This document shows positions 12,346-24,034 of a stretch of DNA of 64,000 bases, in pieces; the first letter of the stretch is position 1; each line of letters opens with the position of its first letter. The DNA is from Eledone cirrhosa (Eukaryota). Below the pieces are notes generated by a model, which was not told the origin of the DNA, searched no databases, and worked only from the letters and a program-made list of their open reading frames with translations. Both the position numbers and the translations under genes were made by a program. The stretch spans positions 27,900,001 through 27,964,000 of the forward strand of contig OZ024764.1 of assembly GCA_964016885.1 (NCBI GenBank), written 5' to 3'.

Positions 12346-13083
12346 CATCTTTTACGATGAGTAGTAAGAGACAATAATACATGGAAGGAGGAGAAATAGA
12401 GAGAGATAGAAAGACGAATGTGTCACACACTCAATTCTCTCACCCTCTCTTTACTTTTATTACTCTATCTACCTCTACTTTCTCACCCTCTCTTTTTTTC
12501 TATTACACTTTCTTCCTCGTATTTCTCACCCTCTCTTTATTTCTATTACTCTATCTACCTCATATTTCTCACCTTATCTTTACTTCTTTTATTCTTTCTT
12601 CTTTGTATTTCTCACCCTCTATCTATCTCTTATTTCTCATCTCTCTTTACTTCTGACAGAGTGATAGATGTAAAGAGAAGGTGAGAAATAAGAGGTTGAT
12701 AGATTTGGCTGTTATTTTTAACATTTTCTAATCATATGAGAGAGAGAGAGAGAGTATAAGATATATAGAGAGGGGGAAATCGCCGATGTTTACGTTGAGA
12801 AAACCTTATAAAATGTTATAAATGGGTTTATAAAGAACAGAATGAGATAAACAAGACAAAGACAGATAAAATAAAATCAGCGATTTATTTATAATATTTT
12901 AATATATTTTTCCTGGTCGTCTGCTTCCATTGATAGAGAGAGGAGTGGTGGGAGGTAGCCATAACAACCGTGGTAGCAACACTGTGGTTTTTAAAGAAGT
13001 GAATACAAGAAAAACTAAACAAGCAACAAATTTAATTTACTAAAATTAGTTTAAACATCTAAATCTTAAGAATATTAAATCTC

Positions 13084-13299
13084 TTACCCCTTTAGCATTC
13101 ACATTACTCTATATATACTATTGTATTTTCACAGTAACGGCTTTATCTCACATAATATCGAATCTATGAGATTTCGATATTATTTATTTTCAGAACAATA
13201 CTTTAACATCAGTATGAGTGGTTAATTAGGGCTGGTTTGAACAGAAAGAGGTGAGAGAATTCTGGCCGGTTACAGCTGGTTTTAATGCTAAGGGGTTAA
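13084..13299. mobile_element. piggyBac-type MITE (~210 bp)
   Basis: TIRs CCCTTTAGCATT (13088-13099) and AATGCTAAGGGG (13284-13295), 11/12 complementary. Flanked by TTAC (degenerate TTAA) and TTAA. Confidence 0.75.
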
Positions 13300-13304
13300 G
13301 CCCT

Positions 13305-15485
13305 TCAAGATGTGTATGACGAGAAAGAAGCCGTTTTAGAATCGTATGACATAGATAATAACTGGAATTTCTTATGTGACAACTTACTGCAGGCTGCTGA
13401 AGACACTTGTGGCTGGAGCAGAGCTCCGACCAGACAGAGAGTGACCTGGTGGTGGGACAACACGGTAGATAAGGCCATTAGAGACAAAAGACTAGCATGG
13501 AACACTTGGATAAATGGTGGGAGTAGAGACCGATGCACAGCCGCTAAGAAAGAAGCTAGACGTCAGGTGTACTTAGCACGCAGGGAGGCTGAGAATAGGA
13601 GGGTTGCCAATGTTCTGTGACGGGAAGATCAAAGACGTGCGGTGTTCCGCATTGCAAGCCAGTGTGTCAGTGTAAATCGGGATGTTGTTGGAGATAAATG
13701 TGTCCGGAATGATGCTGGTGTACTCAGTGTCAATAATGATCAGAAAAAGGAGGCCTGGAAATGCCATTATGAGAGGCTGATGAATGTAGAGAATGAATGG
13801 GAGAGAGAGAAACTACCCACATTTGACCGAACAGAGGGACCAGCTATTGAGATTGTTGACTATAGGGTCAAAGAGGCAATTAAAGAAAGGAAAAATGGTA
13901 AGGCAGCTGGACCATCAGGGATAGTTGCTGAGATGCTGAAGGCATGAGGAGAAGTAGGTACTAAACTGGTTGCAAGCATAATCAATCAAGCTATATATGG
14001 CGGAGTCATACCCAAAGACTGGTGCAGCAGTATTCTCATAAATTGCTACAAAGGTAAAGGGGATGCTCTGGAGAGGATCAATTATAGAGGCAGAAAACTG
14101 ATGGATCAGGTTATGAAAGTGGCAGAAAGGATATTAGAGCAACTAATTAGAGAAAGAGTCAAACTAGATGAGATGCAGTTTGGTTTTGTGCCTGGGAAAA
14201 GTACAACCGATGCCCTCTTCTTAGAGAAGAATAAGCCATTATACTTAGCTTTTGTTGACCTAGAGAAAGCCTTTGATAGTGTACCCCAGTCTGTCATCTG
14301 GTGATCCCTAAGGAAACTAGGTGTTGAGGAATGGCTTGTGAGGACAGTACAAGCTTTGTACAGAGGTACTGTCTGTAAAGTGAGGGTAGGAATGGAGTTT
14401 AGTGAGGAATTCCAGATACAAGGAGGAGTCCATCAGAGTTCGGTCCTCAGCCCGCTCTTCTTCATTATAGTCCTCCAAGCCATAACAGAGGAGTTTAAGA
14501 CTAGCTGCCCATGGGAACTTCTCTATACTGACAATCTGGTTTTTATAGCAGAATCAGTAGAGGAGCTAGAGAATAAATTCTGGCTATGGAAACAGCAGTT
14601 GGAATTAAGAGGACTGAGAGTGAACCCAGCTAAAACAAAAGTGTTGATAAGTAGAAAAAAGGACAAAACTCTGATGGCCATGTTCGATATGCAGAAAAGG
14701 AACTGGCATACATTCTATAAAATGTACACAATGCAGATCTTGGGTACACACGAGATGTAGTGGGATAGCAGGCAAACTAACAGGTAGGGAAAACTACGTA
14801 TGCAGTAGATGTACAGGGAAATTTGACAGTAGAAGTTGCATTGATAGACACATTTTTCAAATGCAAGTTGGTTCTATAAAAGTGGTTGATAGCTTCAGTA
14901 CCTAGGTGATCAGATTAGTATGGGAGGGGGGGGGGGTGTTCCGAGGCCATAGTATCTAGAATAAGGACGGGCTGGAAGAAGTTTAGGGAGCTGCCTCCTC
15001 TGGTGACAAAGAGGGTTTCTCCCTGCATACAAAAGGTTGGTTGTTTGATGCCTGTGTGAGATGCACAATGTTGCATGGTAGTGAGACATGGGCAGCAACT
15101 GCAGAGGATATGCGAAGGCTGAAGAGAAATGAAGCAAGCATGCTCCATTGGATGTGCAATGTCAATGTGCGTGAAAGACCAAGCATGGACGAGTTGAGAG
15201 TGAAACTCTATAAGAAGGATAAACTGCAGTGTGCGGGAGAAAAGACTGCGTTGGTATGGCCATGCGATGCGTATGCAGGATTACCGCAGGGTGAAGAAGT
15301 GCCAAGTAATCCCAGTGGGAGGAATATGCAGTACAGGAAGACCAAGGAAGATATGGGCAGAGGTAGTGAGAGCTGACCTCAGATCGTTGAAGCTCAGAGG
15401 AGATGATGAAGGAGAGATGCTGCGCTGAAGAGGATCTGTCCCACCCTTATAAGCAGGGAAAAGTGGATGTATAATGATGATGATA
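13305..15485 (+). mobile_element. RTE-clade LINE, 5'-truncated (no endonuclease seen), disrupted reverse-transcriptase ORF, (TGA)n tail
   Basis: TWWWD..VDKAI, GKAAGPSGIVAEMLKA, NYRG.KL, QFGFVPGKSTTDA, AFVDLEKAFDSVP, GVHQSSVLSPLFF, LLYTDNLV (YADD decayed), LRWYGHAMRM, GRPRKIW. In-frame stops at 13620, 13947 and 14304. Ends in ...GGATGTATAATGATGATGAT. Confidence 0.93.
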
Positions 15486-15566
15486 TATATATATGTCCCA
15501 CCCTTGCAAACAGGGAAAAGCAGACGTAAAATGAAAATGATGATATATATATAGATAGATAGATAG

Positions 15567-15571
<5 letters not shown>

Positions 15572-15627
<56 letters not shown>
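15572..15627. repeat. (AT)n microsatellite preceded by (TAGA)n
   Basis: Directly visible. Confidence 0.95.
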
Positions 15628-15633
<6 letters not shown>

Positions 15634-16009
15634 CTTATACGTCATGGTGGCTACAGGTGCCAAGAGGAAGAAGCCGGACAATCCTCTGATATTTGTTTAT
15701 CTTCCTTTCCTTCGTGGGCCGCGGTACCCGGGTTTGTGGCCGAAGCGACCAAGTTGAAATCGGCCACCGGTGGTTGATATCACCAGGTTAGGAAACCCTG
15801 GTTTAGTCGCTCCAGTTATTACTTCGTTAGACATAGTCAGTAATTGAAATTAAAGCCTAAAGGTGTACTAAAGCCACAAACGTTTTTCTATCTATGAATT
15901 ATTAGTGGTGTAAACAGATGAATTAAAGTCAAAGCTAACAAATATATCACCAAGAAGAATATCTAAGGATTTCCAAAGTGTAAAGTCAGCTCAAGCCTGG
16001 AGACTTATC

Positions 16010-16201
16010 AAGCAGGTGCCTGTCCCAGTTCCTCTAGCGTAAAGGGACTGAGAGTACATGACTTCCCCCTGGACATGATGTCAGTCCATCGCAGGGTTAA
16101 CCCCCCACCTATGTGAAATTAAGTTTTTGCTCAAGTAAAACAACTAACAACACGGTCCAGGAATCGAATACACATATGATCGTAAGACCACGGGCCTCCA
16201 C
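16010..16201 (-). mobile_element. Degenerate tRNA-derived SINE (second family)
   Basis: Minus strand GTGGAGGCCCGTGGTC...TATTCGATTCCTGGACCG (B-box-like)...CTTGAGCAAAAACTTAATTTCAC (core-like)...TCCAGGGGGAAGTCATGTACTCTCAGTCCCTTTACGC. Family recognised from memory only. Confidence 0.6.
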
Positions 16202-16782
16202 TATCGAAGGATCTACCCTTCATTAAAGAATAAATTAGACTTATGCTTACATCGCCGACATAATTATGGTCGGAAAGGACATTACTGAAAATAAGGAATG
16301 AACAACTAAAGGAAGACAGAAACGGTCCCTCCTATCTGAAATATTAAGGAAGGAATCTACACAGGAGGGCCCATCTTCCTACCAAAAGAATTATTTTAAC
16401 AAGCCTACATCCTACTGAGCCAAAGAAAGGGGCCTCATAACTAGAACATGCTTCATTTGTCCTAAATACGGAGCTGACTTTACATATAATTATATATATG
16501 TATATATATATAGTATGTGTGTGTGTGTATGAAGATGTATGACCTCTAGCAAGCCAAACTACAGTTACTCCCCAACATGGATAGCAAATTAAAACATTAC
16601 CTGTTAGAGACAAACGTGAAATGATTTGTTAGTGAACTACCGGTGTAACAGTAATTATGTTACCGGTGTAACTATTTCTGTTTACCTTATTTTTAAATGA
16701 CACTCCTATATTAGTTTAGTGACCTTTCAATTCAAATAAATTCTTGATGATGATTGAACTCGCATCGGAGTAGCCCAACGCC

Positions 16783-17110
16783 TTGGCCTCCGCGTGTGTG
16801 AGCCACATAAATGCTCTCAACGACATAGTGAGAAGAAGCCTGGACGCAGCTGAATTTCCATCTCAACTGGAGCCAGCAGGCCTAGGCCGCGGAGATGGCA
16901 AGCACCCCGAGGGAATCACCCTCTTCCCATTCGAAGGAGGTAGATCCACAAACCCCAGCATCGCTGCCCGTCTCGCAGATGAACATAAAATAAACAAATT
17001 CCGGTGTTTGTCCTGGAGCCTCTTCTAAGCACCAGCCGCCGTCGAGACCCCGGGCCAACTTGGACCCATTACAGCCGAGCTCCTCCGCAACATCGCAGTG
17101 TCTGTGGCCC
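16783..17110 (+). pseudogene. CRE-type restriction-like endonuclease relic (family B), copy 1
   Basis: ALNDIVRRSLDAAEFPSQLEPAGLGRGDGKHPEGITLFPFEGGR (decayed DGKRPDG motif), then AARLADEHKINKFRCL..LF*APAAVETPGQLGPITAELLRNIA. Confidence 0.8.
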
Positions 17111-17284
17111 GTCTGAGGATGGAGTCCCACGAGGTTGGATGCCTGTTGCAGCAGGTGTCACTGTCCTTACATATATATACGTAAATGTTCCCTTGACTGC
17201 TATTTCTAGCATATATTAATAGACACTTTAGAAACAGCAGCTAAAAATCAAGAAACAACAGTGTGTGTCTGTATATATATACAC

Positions 17285-17339
<55 letters not shown>

Positions 17340-17423
17340 AGCCAAAGACACGCACACACGCACATACACATACACACAGGTGTATGTCTGCGTGTATGTA
17401 TATATATGTGTGTGTCTTTTCGT

Positions 17424-17484
<61 letters not shown>
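17285..17484. repeat. Compound microsatellite (GA)n ... (CT)n(AT)n; paralogs at ~24209-24397 and ~39146-39358 with different lengths
   Basis: Directly visible; tract lengths differ among the three copies. Confidence 0.93.
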
Positions 17485-17487
<3 letters not shown>

Positions 17488-17851
17488 TGATCCCCCTCGC
17501 AACCTTTAATTAAACAAACCTGCGATGAGGCGATGATCAAAATAAACACCAAAGTGTAAACAAACAGCCCATAGGTGCTGCCGGATACACGATAACATGT
17601 GTAGACGAAGTAAAACTTTTATTACTGTAATATAAAGTAGAAACCCTTTATTTAAACAAAGCTGCGTGGCAGCGATGATCAAAACAAACTTCAAAGTGTA
17701 AACAAACCTCTCGTAGGTGCGGCCAGATACACGCTAACATGTGTATACGAAGTGTAACAGGGAGTTGGGTCGTATTATATGACTTTCAAATTGACCCCTA
17801 TTATATTCAAATTATCCCCTGTGGGGCGTGCACCCCACGTTGAGAATCCCT
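17485..17851 (+). mobile_element. Non-autonomous hAT-like element (MITE) with internal duplication; paralogs at ~24406-24732 and ~39366-39693, related 5' fragments at 23037-23219 and 37976-38158, inverted pieces at ~25881-26155 and ~40475-40750
   Basis: CAGTG(A/G)TC(C/G)CC start and CCCCACGTTGAGAATCCCT end resemble hAT TIRs. Shared internal TTATTACTGTAATATAAAGTAGAAACCC. Confidence 0.5.
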
Positions 17852-18199
17852 CATAAATAAATATATGTGAGTGTGTTGCTATGACTGCTATTTCTAGCAG
17901 GTTTACTGCAGTCCTGTAGACGCACAACAAAAACCGGAAGTGGCAGCCATTAAAAAACTTTGGCTTAAAATCAGGCAAAAGTTTTTTAACAATTTGCCAA
18001 GAAAGATAACTCTTGTCTGACTTAATCGCAAAAATCGAGGCAAAAATTTTGCGGCTGTGCAGTTTGTTTGGTGTATTTGACTGCTATTTCTAGCATGTAT
18101 GGACGTATGTACGGTATAGGTGTATTTATATTTAGGATAGTTATCAAAGGTAAATAGACTGGTTGGAGTAATAACAGTCTTGTTTATGTATATACACAC

Positions 18200-18231
<32 letters not shown>

Positions 18232-18335
18232 GTTTGTTCTTGTATTTCTATAGAAAAGGTAAAGAAAAGAAGAATGCTCTATGTATTGTACAGAGCTATT
18301 TAATTACATAATAAACAACAGAATATAATTATTCC

Positions 18336-20690
18336 ATGCAAATAGACTTAGAATGGAAAACATTCAGACAGAGAAGAATGGATAATGAGCGTCATAAGAG
18401 AAATTGGCCAACAATTAATATTAATGGAAATCTAGAAGAATTTCATATTAGTGATATGAATGTTTCGTGTGATCACTGTGAAGCTTTGAAATTTAGAAAT
18501 GAAAATTGTAACTGTTGTAATAAAGGAAAGGTTGTGTTGCCTCCATTGCAAATATACCCCGAGAGACTGAGAAATCTCTTTGAAAGAGGCCAGGAAGCAG
18601 TTGATTTCACAGAAACATCTGCAATTAAAACTACATTTATTTCACTTCATTTGGTGTTACCACCCGGCAGAGGCCCGTATAGCTTTCATATTCAGGGTCA
18701 AACATATCACTACACCCCCACCTCTGTAACCTGCAGAAAATACACCACAATATGGCCAGTTATATATTATTGATGGGAACGAAGGTGTGTAGCACAGATT
18801 GGAAGTACGACCAAATAATTGTTTCTGGCACAAGGCCAGCAATTACTGGTACTTTATTCTATCGACCTCATAAGGATGAAAACAAAGTCAACCTTGGAGG
18901 GATTTGAACCCAGAACGTAAAGGGCCATAACCCTATGCTGCAAAGCATGGTGTCTGACGCTCTACCGATACTGCCAATCCACCGCCCTAGTACCAACAAA
19001 TAATGACTGCTCACCACAAAAAATGGCTATGATAAGAGAGGTGTTGCATGAATGTTATCCATATGTCGAAGTGTACAATACAATGCATGGCATCAAACAG
19101 CAAAGTGCAAGAAGAGAAAATTGTCGTGTACAGAACTGTGAATTAAGATTTAGAAGAGGATCAGATATGAGCTGCTATAATTTACCAACTAGTAATGATA
19201 GCTGTTGTTTTGTGGGGTTTGAGGGCAGACCACCTGTACAAAGAGATATTATCATCTTTCCTAAAGACCATCCTCCTCAGAAAATATCACATAATTCATG
19301 CCACTTGGACCTCATGACTGACCCATAATGGTGAATTTTGGTGGCATAGTGACATGGAGAGGAATGCAGGACCTGTGTTTGCAATAGACTGACAATGCAG
19401 GAGTATTACATATACAGTATAGCATATAGAGGAGGATTTAGTGTGATATATAGGGCAGGTAAATTATTTTAGCAGTATTTAGTGGATGCCTATATGAAAG
19501 TAGAGGGATGCAGGCTTCTATATTTGAGGAACAATCAAGCCCAATTGTGAGTGGATGAGTATAATGGTTTAATGAATTATCTAAACAGATGATAACACTG
19601 AGCCTTAAAAAATGAAGACAAGATAAGAAACAGAGAAGACATTGACAGAATCGTGTCAGCAGAAATACCTGCATTGGAAGATGATCCAGTACTACATGAG
19701 CAGGTTTAAAAGTTTATGATCCACAGGCCATGTGGTTCTGGAAACCCTTTTCCCCCATTTATACAAAATGGATTTTTCCAAAAGAACTATCCAAAAACCT
19801 ACAGAAGGGAAACATTATTGAACCTAAATGGATACCCAGAGTACAGGAGGTGCAAGACAGGAACTGCAGTGTAAATTGGATGACATTCAGTAGATAACAG
19901 GAATGTTGTGCCATTTAATGCCTTTTTGATTAAGAAATATTGTGCACATATTAATGTTGAAGTTTGCGCTTCTGTAAAAAGTGTCAAGTACCTCTTTAAA
20001 TATGTTACATGGGGCATGATTGTACATCTATAGAAGTAACGAATAATGCATTACCTAATGAGGCTCAGAACCAACACAACCATGATGAAATAAGAACCTA
20101 TCTTTGTTGCAGGTATGTGTCTCAGCCAGAAGCAGTGTCGTGTCTCTCGGAATTTAAGCTTCATGGTACATCACATACAGTATACAGCCTAGTCACACAC
20201 CTGGAGAACAAACAGAGTTTACTTTCAAAGAGGCAATGCTCAGGTTGTGGTAGAAATGCAGGGACCCTTGCTGCCTGGTTCAAGCTAAAAGAACTTGCTT
20301 ACACCTTCTGGGATGCCGCCTCACAAACTCCAATTATAAGCAGGATCAATAATAATGCTTCTATGGAATATTTCAATCCAGAACAGATTATGTAATGGCA
20401 CAAGATTAGAAGTAGTAGAACTGCATAAACATTTTATCAAAGCTTCTCATATCTATGGTCCTTTGATGGGCAGGTGTGTTTTGATCCCAAGACTGAAGTT
20501 ATCCCCCAGTGGTGCCAACATCCCTTTTACTTTGGAAAGACCCCAGTTTCCATTAAGACTGTCATATGCCATGACAATCAACAAGAACCATGGTCAAATA
20601 CATGATAAAGTGGGTCTGTTCCTCCCTGAGCAAGTATTTAACCCTGGACAATTGTATGTTGCTTTTTCAAGAGTTCACAGACAGATGTAA
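18336..20690 (+). mobile_element. Helitron Rep/helicase pseudogene, copy H2 (most complete; not interrupted at the TCA site)
   Basis: Same motifs as H1 plus MIHRPCG, TLAAWFKL and LCNGTRL...IPRLKL. Confidence 0.92.
18820..18988 (-). mobile_element. SINE within Helitron H2 (same insertion as 9495-9663; also at 31389-31557 and 45801-45969)
   Basis: Near-identical sequence at the same position in every Helitron copy covering this site. Confidence 0.85.
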
Positions 20691-20739
20691 AAATTAATCC
20701 TAGCAAACCCCCACCACTCCTACAACTGTTAGCTGTTAG

Positions 20740-21024
20740 CCCACCCCAGCACCACCCAACCTCCGTTCTAGTCCCACCGTTAGAACCAATGCTGCTTACC
20801 CTGCCTCTTTTACTAGTTCACTCCGTCGCTCGAATTTCAAAGCTGGCCCTCTACACTTGGTCGTTGCCAGCTCACCACCTGGTTGTGCTCTCTGTGTCCG
20901 CACTAGCCGGTACCTAAACACAATAAAATGTCACCTGTGCTACCAAAACTACCACAGGAACTCTGTCGGCATCAGCAAGGCTCAAGCCGAAAGGCTTCAA
21001 TACTAGACCTGTAATCAGGGCCAC
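20740..21024 (+). pseudogene. Pro/Ser/Thr-rich stretch followed by a decayed PHD (C4HC3) finger; paralog at 35949-36233
   Basis: 20884-21021 reads CALCVRTSRYLNTIKCHLCYQNYHRNSVGISKAQAERLQY*TCNQG. The non-consensus codons TCT, TAG and GGC are each one substitution from TGT (C), TGG (W) and TGC (C). Confidence 0.7.
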
Positions 21025-21261
21025 TTTACCTCCGACGACCAGCTTTCTACCGAGTGTGTGTTGATGGAGGGGACATGAGACCAGCAAAGTCCTAGGAGTA
21101 GAGACTAGTAAATAATAAACGGTCCTAGCTATGTTAAGAATATATATAAGAAAAATGTTCTATACATTTAAGAAGACAAGAGAAATAAATATTTACCTCT
21201 TTCATGTAGGTAATATAGCGGTGTTATAAAAGTATAATAACTGATGCAGGTAGTTTGTTTC

Positions 21262-21739
21262 AAACTATAACACATATAACTCTATCAGTGAAGCCCTTTA
21301 GTATAGGTCAACTAGGAAACTATAACACATATAACCCTATCAGTGAAGTCCTTTAGTATAGGTCAACTGGGAAACGATAACACATATAACCCTATCAGTG
21401 AAGTCCTTTAGTATAGGTCAACTGGGAAACTATAACACATATAACCCTATCAGTGAAGTCCTTTAGTATAGGTCAACTGGGAAACTATAACACATATAAC
21501 CCTATCAGTGAAGCCCTCTGGGAAACTATAACACATATAACTCTATCAGTGAAGCCCTTTAGTATAGGTCAACTGGGAAACTATAACACATATAACCCTA
21601 TCAGTGAAGTCCTTTAGTATAGGTCAACTGGGAAACTATAACACATATAACCCTATCAGTGAAGTCCTTTAGTATAGGTCAACTGGGAAATTATAACACA
21701 TATAACCCTATCAGTGAAGTCCTTTAGTATAGGTCAACT
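21262..21739 (+). repeat. 55-bp minisatellite GGAAACTATAACACATATAACCCTATCAGTGAAGTCCTTTAGTATAGGTCAACTG, ~9 units (one truncated)
   Basis: GGTCAACT at 21306, 21361 and 21416 (55-bp period). Confidence 0.95.
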
Positions 21740-21830
21740 AACAGAAGTATTAAGGTGGGCTCGATTGTGGCCCGCGGGCCGCCTGTTGCACGCCCCTCCT
21801 TTAGACAGAATATCTATCACAGTTAAGTAA

Positions 21831-22040
21831 TACTGTGATCTGTCGGCCAACTACATTTTCCAGCCTGAGGCGTTTGGGGGAGTCGGGATACTGACTGCGA
21901 GATTCCTATCTTCACTGGCGGCTAGCCTGACGAAGGTGACTGGTGAAGCTCGTGAGGGCACTTGGTTGTTCCAGCTCCTCAGCCTCGCCATCGCCCGAGG
22001 TAACGCTGCAGACGTGCTGGCTTGCCTAAAAAATCATTAG
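21831..22040 (+). pseudogene. CRE-type endonuclease C-terminus with stop codon (family C), copy 1
   Basis: YCDLSANYIFQPEAFGGVGILTARFLSSLAASLTKVTGEAREGTWLFQLLSLAIARGNAADVLACLKNH*. Confidence 0.8.
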
Positions 22041-22124
22041 AGAGGTTTCCCAGTGCTCCTCGCGATACTGTTATCTTTTGCTCTAGTAGCAGCTCGTTTG
22101 TCCACCCCTTTCGCCTGCCTTTGG

Positions 22125-22310
22125 TTGTATGTCGTCCTAGATGTGTGTATTACCTGCTTGTGTGTTGTATGTGCTCCTAGATGTGTGTATTACCTGCTTA
22201 TGTGGTCCTAGATGTATGTATTACCTGCTGGTGTGTTGTATGTGGTCCCAGATGTGTGCATTACCTGTTTTTGTGTTGTATGTGGTCCCAAATGTGTGTG
22301 CTACCCGCTT
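22125..22310 (+). repeat. ~40-bp degenerate tandem repeat (TGTATGTGGTCCTAGATGTGTGTATTACCTGCTTGTGTGT), ~5 units; paralog 37078-37265
   Basis: Directly visible, just 3' of the CRE family C fragment. Confidence 0.85.
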
Positions 22311-23706
22311 CTGTGATTTGTTTTGTTCCTTCTTTCTCTCTTCCGAGAAACAATCCTGTATTTTTTAAATCTATTCCATGCGTTAAGTAATTAGCAGCAA
22401 CAACAAACTGATTTTCAGTTGTAAAAAGAATCTTTAAACCTTCACCATTTACATTAACACATACCATACGTTGTCCCAGCCACAAATAAACAGTAAAAAA
22501 AACTTACTTTGCGGTTAAATTCTTCACAATTAAAAGAAAAATATTTCTAACACGTTTCTAGACAACACCAAGTTTACACCTTCAATATCCGGTAAAAGTA
22601 AAAACAAATTCTGGAGACATTTAACGAAACGAAACTATGTAAAGAAAAACGAAAATTAAACGAAGACAAGTAGTAAATTTTAATTTTTATTAAATAAAAT
22701 ACCAGTAATTCACTGCAGTAGATTTAATCAACTTTACTCTCTCTGCACGAAAGAAGAAAAAAATTCCTGACTTAGTGCTTAATATATAGAGAGGGGGAGA
22801 GTTTGGTGTTACTTCATATAGAGAGGGGTATTGGAAGAGAGTGCCGTGTAGTAGATATAGAGAGGGAGAGAGTGTGTGCTAATTGATATAAAGAGGGGGA
22901 TTTGCACCCCCCCCCCCGCCTAGAAAAATTCTGAAATGCTTCGACCTCCCTGTACATATATATATATATATAGTATACACACACAGACATATATATGTAT
23001 ATATTATATATATAGTAAATAAATGTGTGTGTGTATCAGTGGTCGCCAAACTTTTCTGTTCCACACCCCTCCTCTAAAATATGTTTATGTTCCCCTTTAA
23101 TATAAAAACAATCCGAGTATTCTGAAAGTATTATTACTGTAATATAAAGTAGAAACCCTTTATTTAAACAAAGCTACGATGCAGCGATGATCAAAACAAA
23201 CTTCTCGTAGGTGCTGCCAAGCGGGGAAAAGTGGATGTATAATGATGATGATATATATATATATGCCCCACCCTTGCAAACAGGGAAAAGCAGACGTAAA
23301 ATGAAAATGATGATATATATATAGATAGATAGATATGTATTTATACTTATACGTCATGGTGGCTACAGGTGCCAAGAGGAAGAAGCCGGTCAAATCCTCT
23401 GATATTTGTTTATCTTCCTTTCCTTTGTATATATATATATAGTATGTGTGTATGAAGATGTATGACCCCCTAGCAAGCCAAACTACAGTTACTCCCCAAC
23501 ATGGAGAGCAAATTAAAACATTACCTGTTAGAGAGGAACGTGAAATGAATTGTTAGTGAACTACCGGTGTAACAGTAATTATGTTACCGGTGTAACTATT
23601 TCTGTTTACCTTATTTTTAAATGACACTCCTATATTAGTTTAGTGACCTTTCAATTCAAATAAATTCTTGATGATGATTGAACTCGTATCGGAGTAGCCC
23701 AACGCC

Positions 23707-24034
23707 TTGGCCTCCGCGTGTGTGAGCCACATAAATGCTCTCAACGACATAGTGAGAAGAAGCCTGGACGCAGCTGAATTTCCATCTCAACTGGAGCCAG
23801 CAGGCCTAGGCCGCGGAGATGGCAAGCACCGCGAGGGAATCACCCTCTTCCCATTCGAAGGAGGTAGATCCACAAACCCCAGCATCGCTGCCCGTCTCGC
23901 AGATGAACATAAAATAAACAAATTCCGGTGTTTGTCCTGGAGCCTCTTCTAAGCACCAGCCGCCGTCGAGACCCCGGGCCAACTTGGACCCATTACAGCC
24001 GAGCTCCTCCGCAACATCGCAGTGTCTGTGGCCC
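23707..24034 (+). pseudogene. CRE-type endonuclease relic (family B), copy 2
   Basis: Near-identical to 16783-17110. Confidence 0.8.

Noticed and set aside
17248-17513. ORFs with YIYIYI / ERERER / CVCV runs (also 15394-15757, 24185-24433, 25372-25704, 39122-39394)
   Set aside because: Translations of (AT)n, (GA)n and (GT)n microsatellites.
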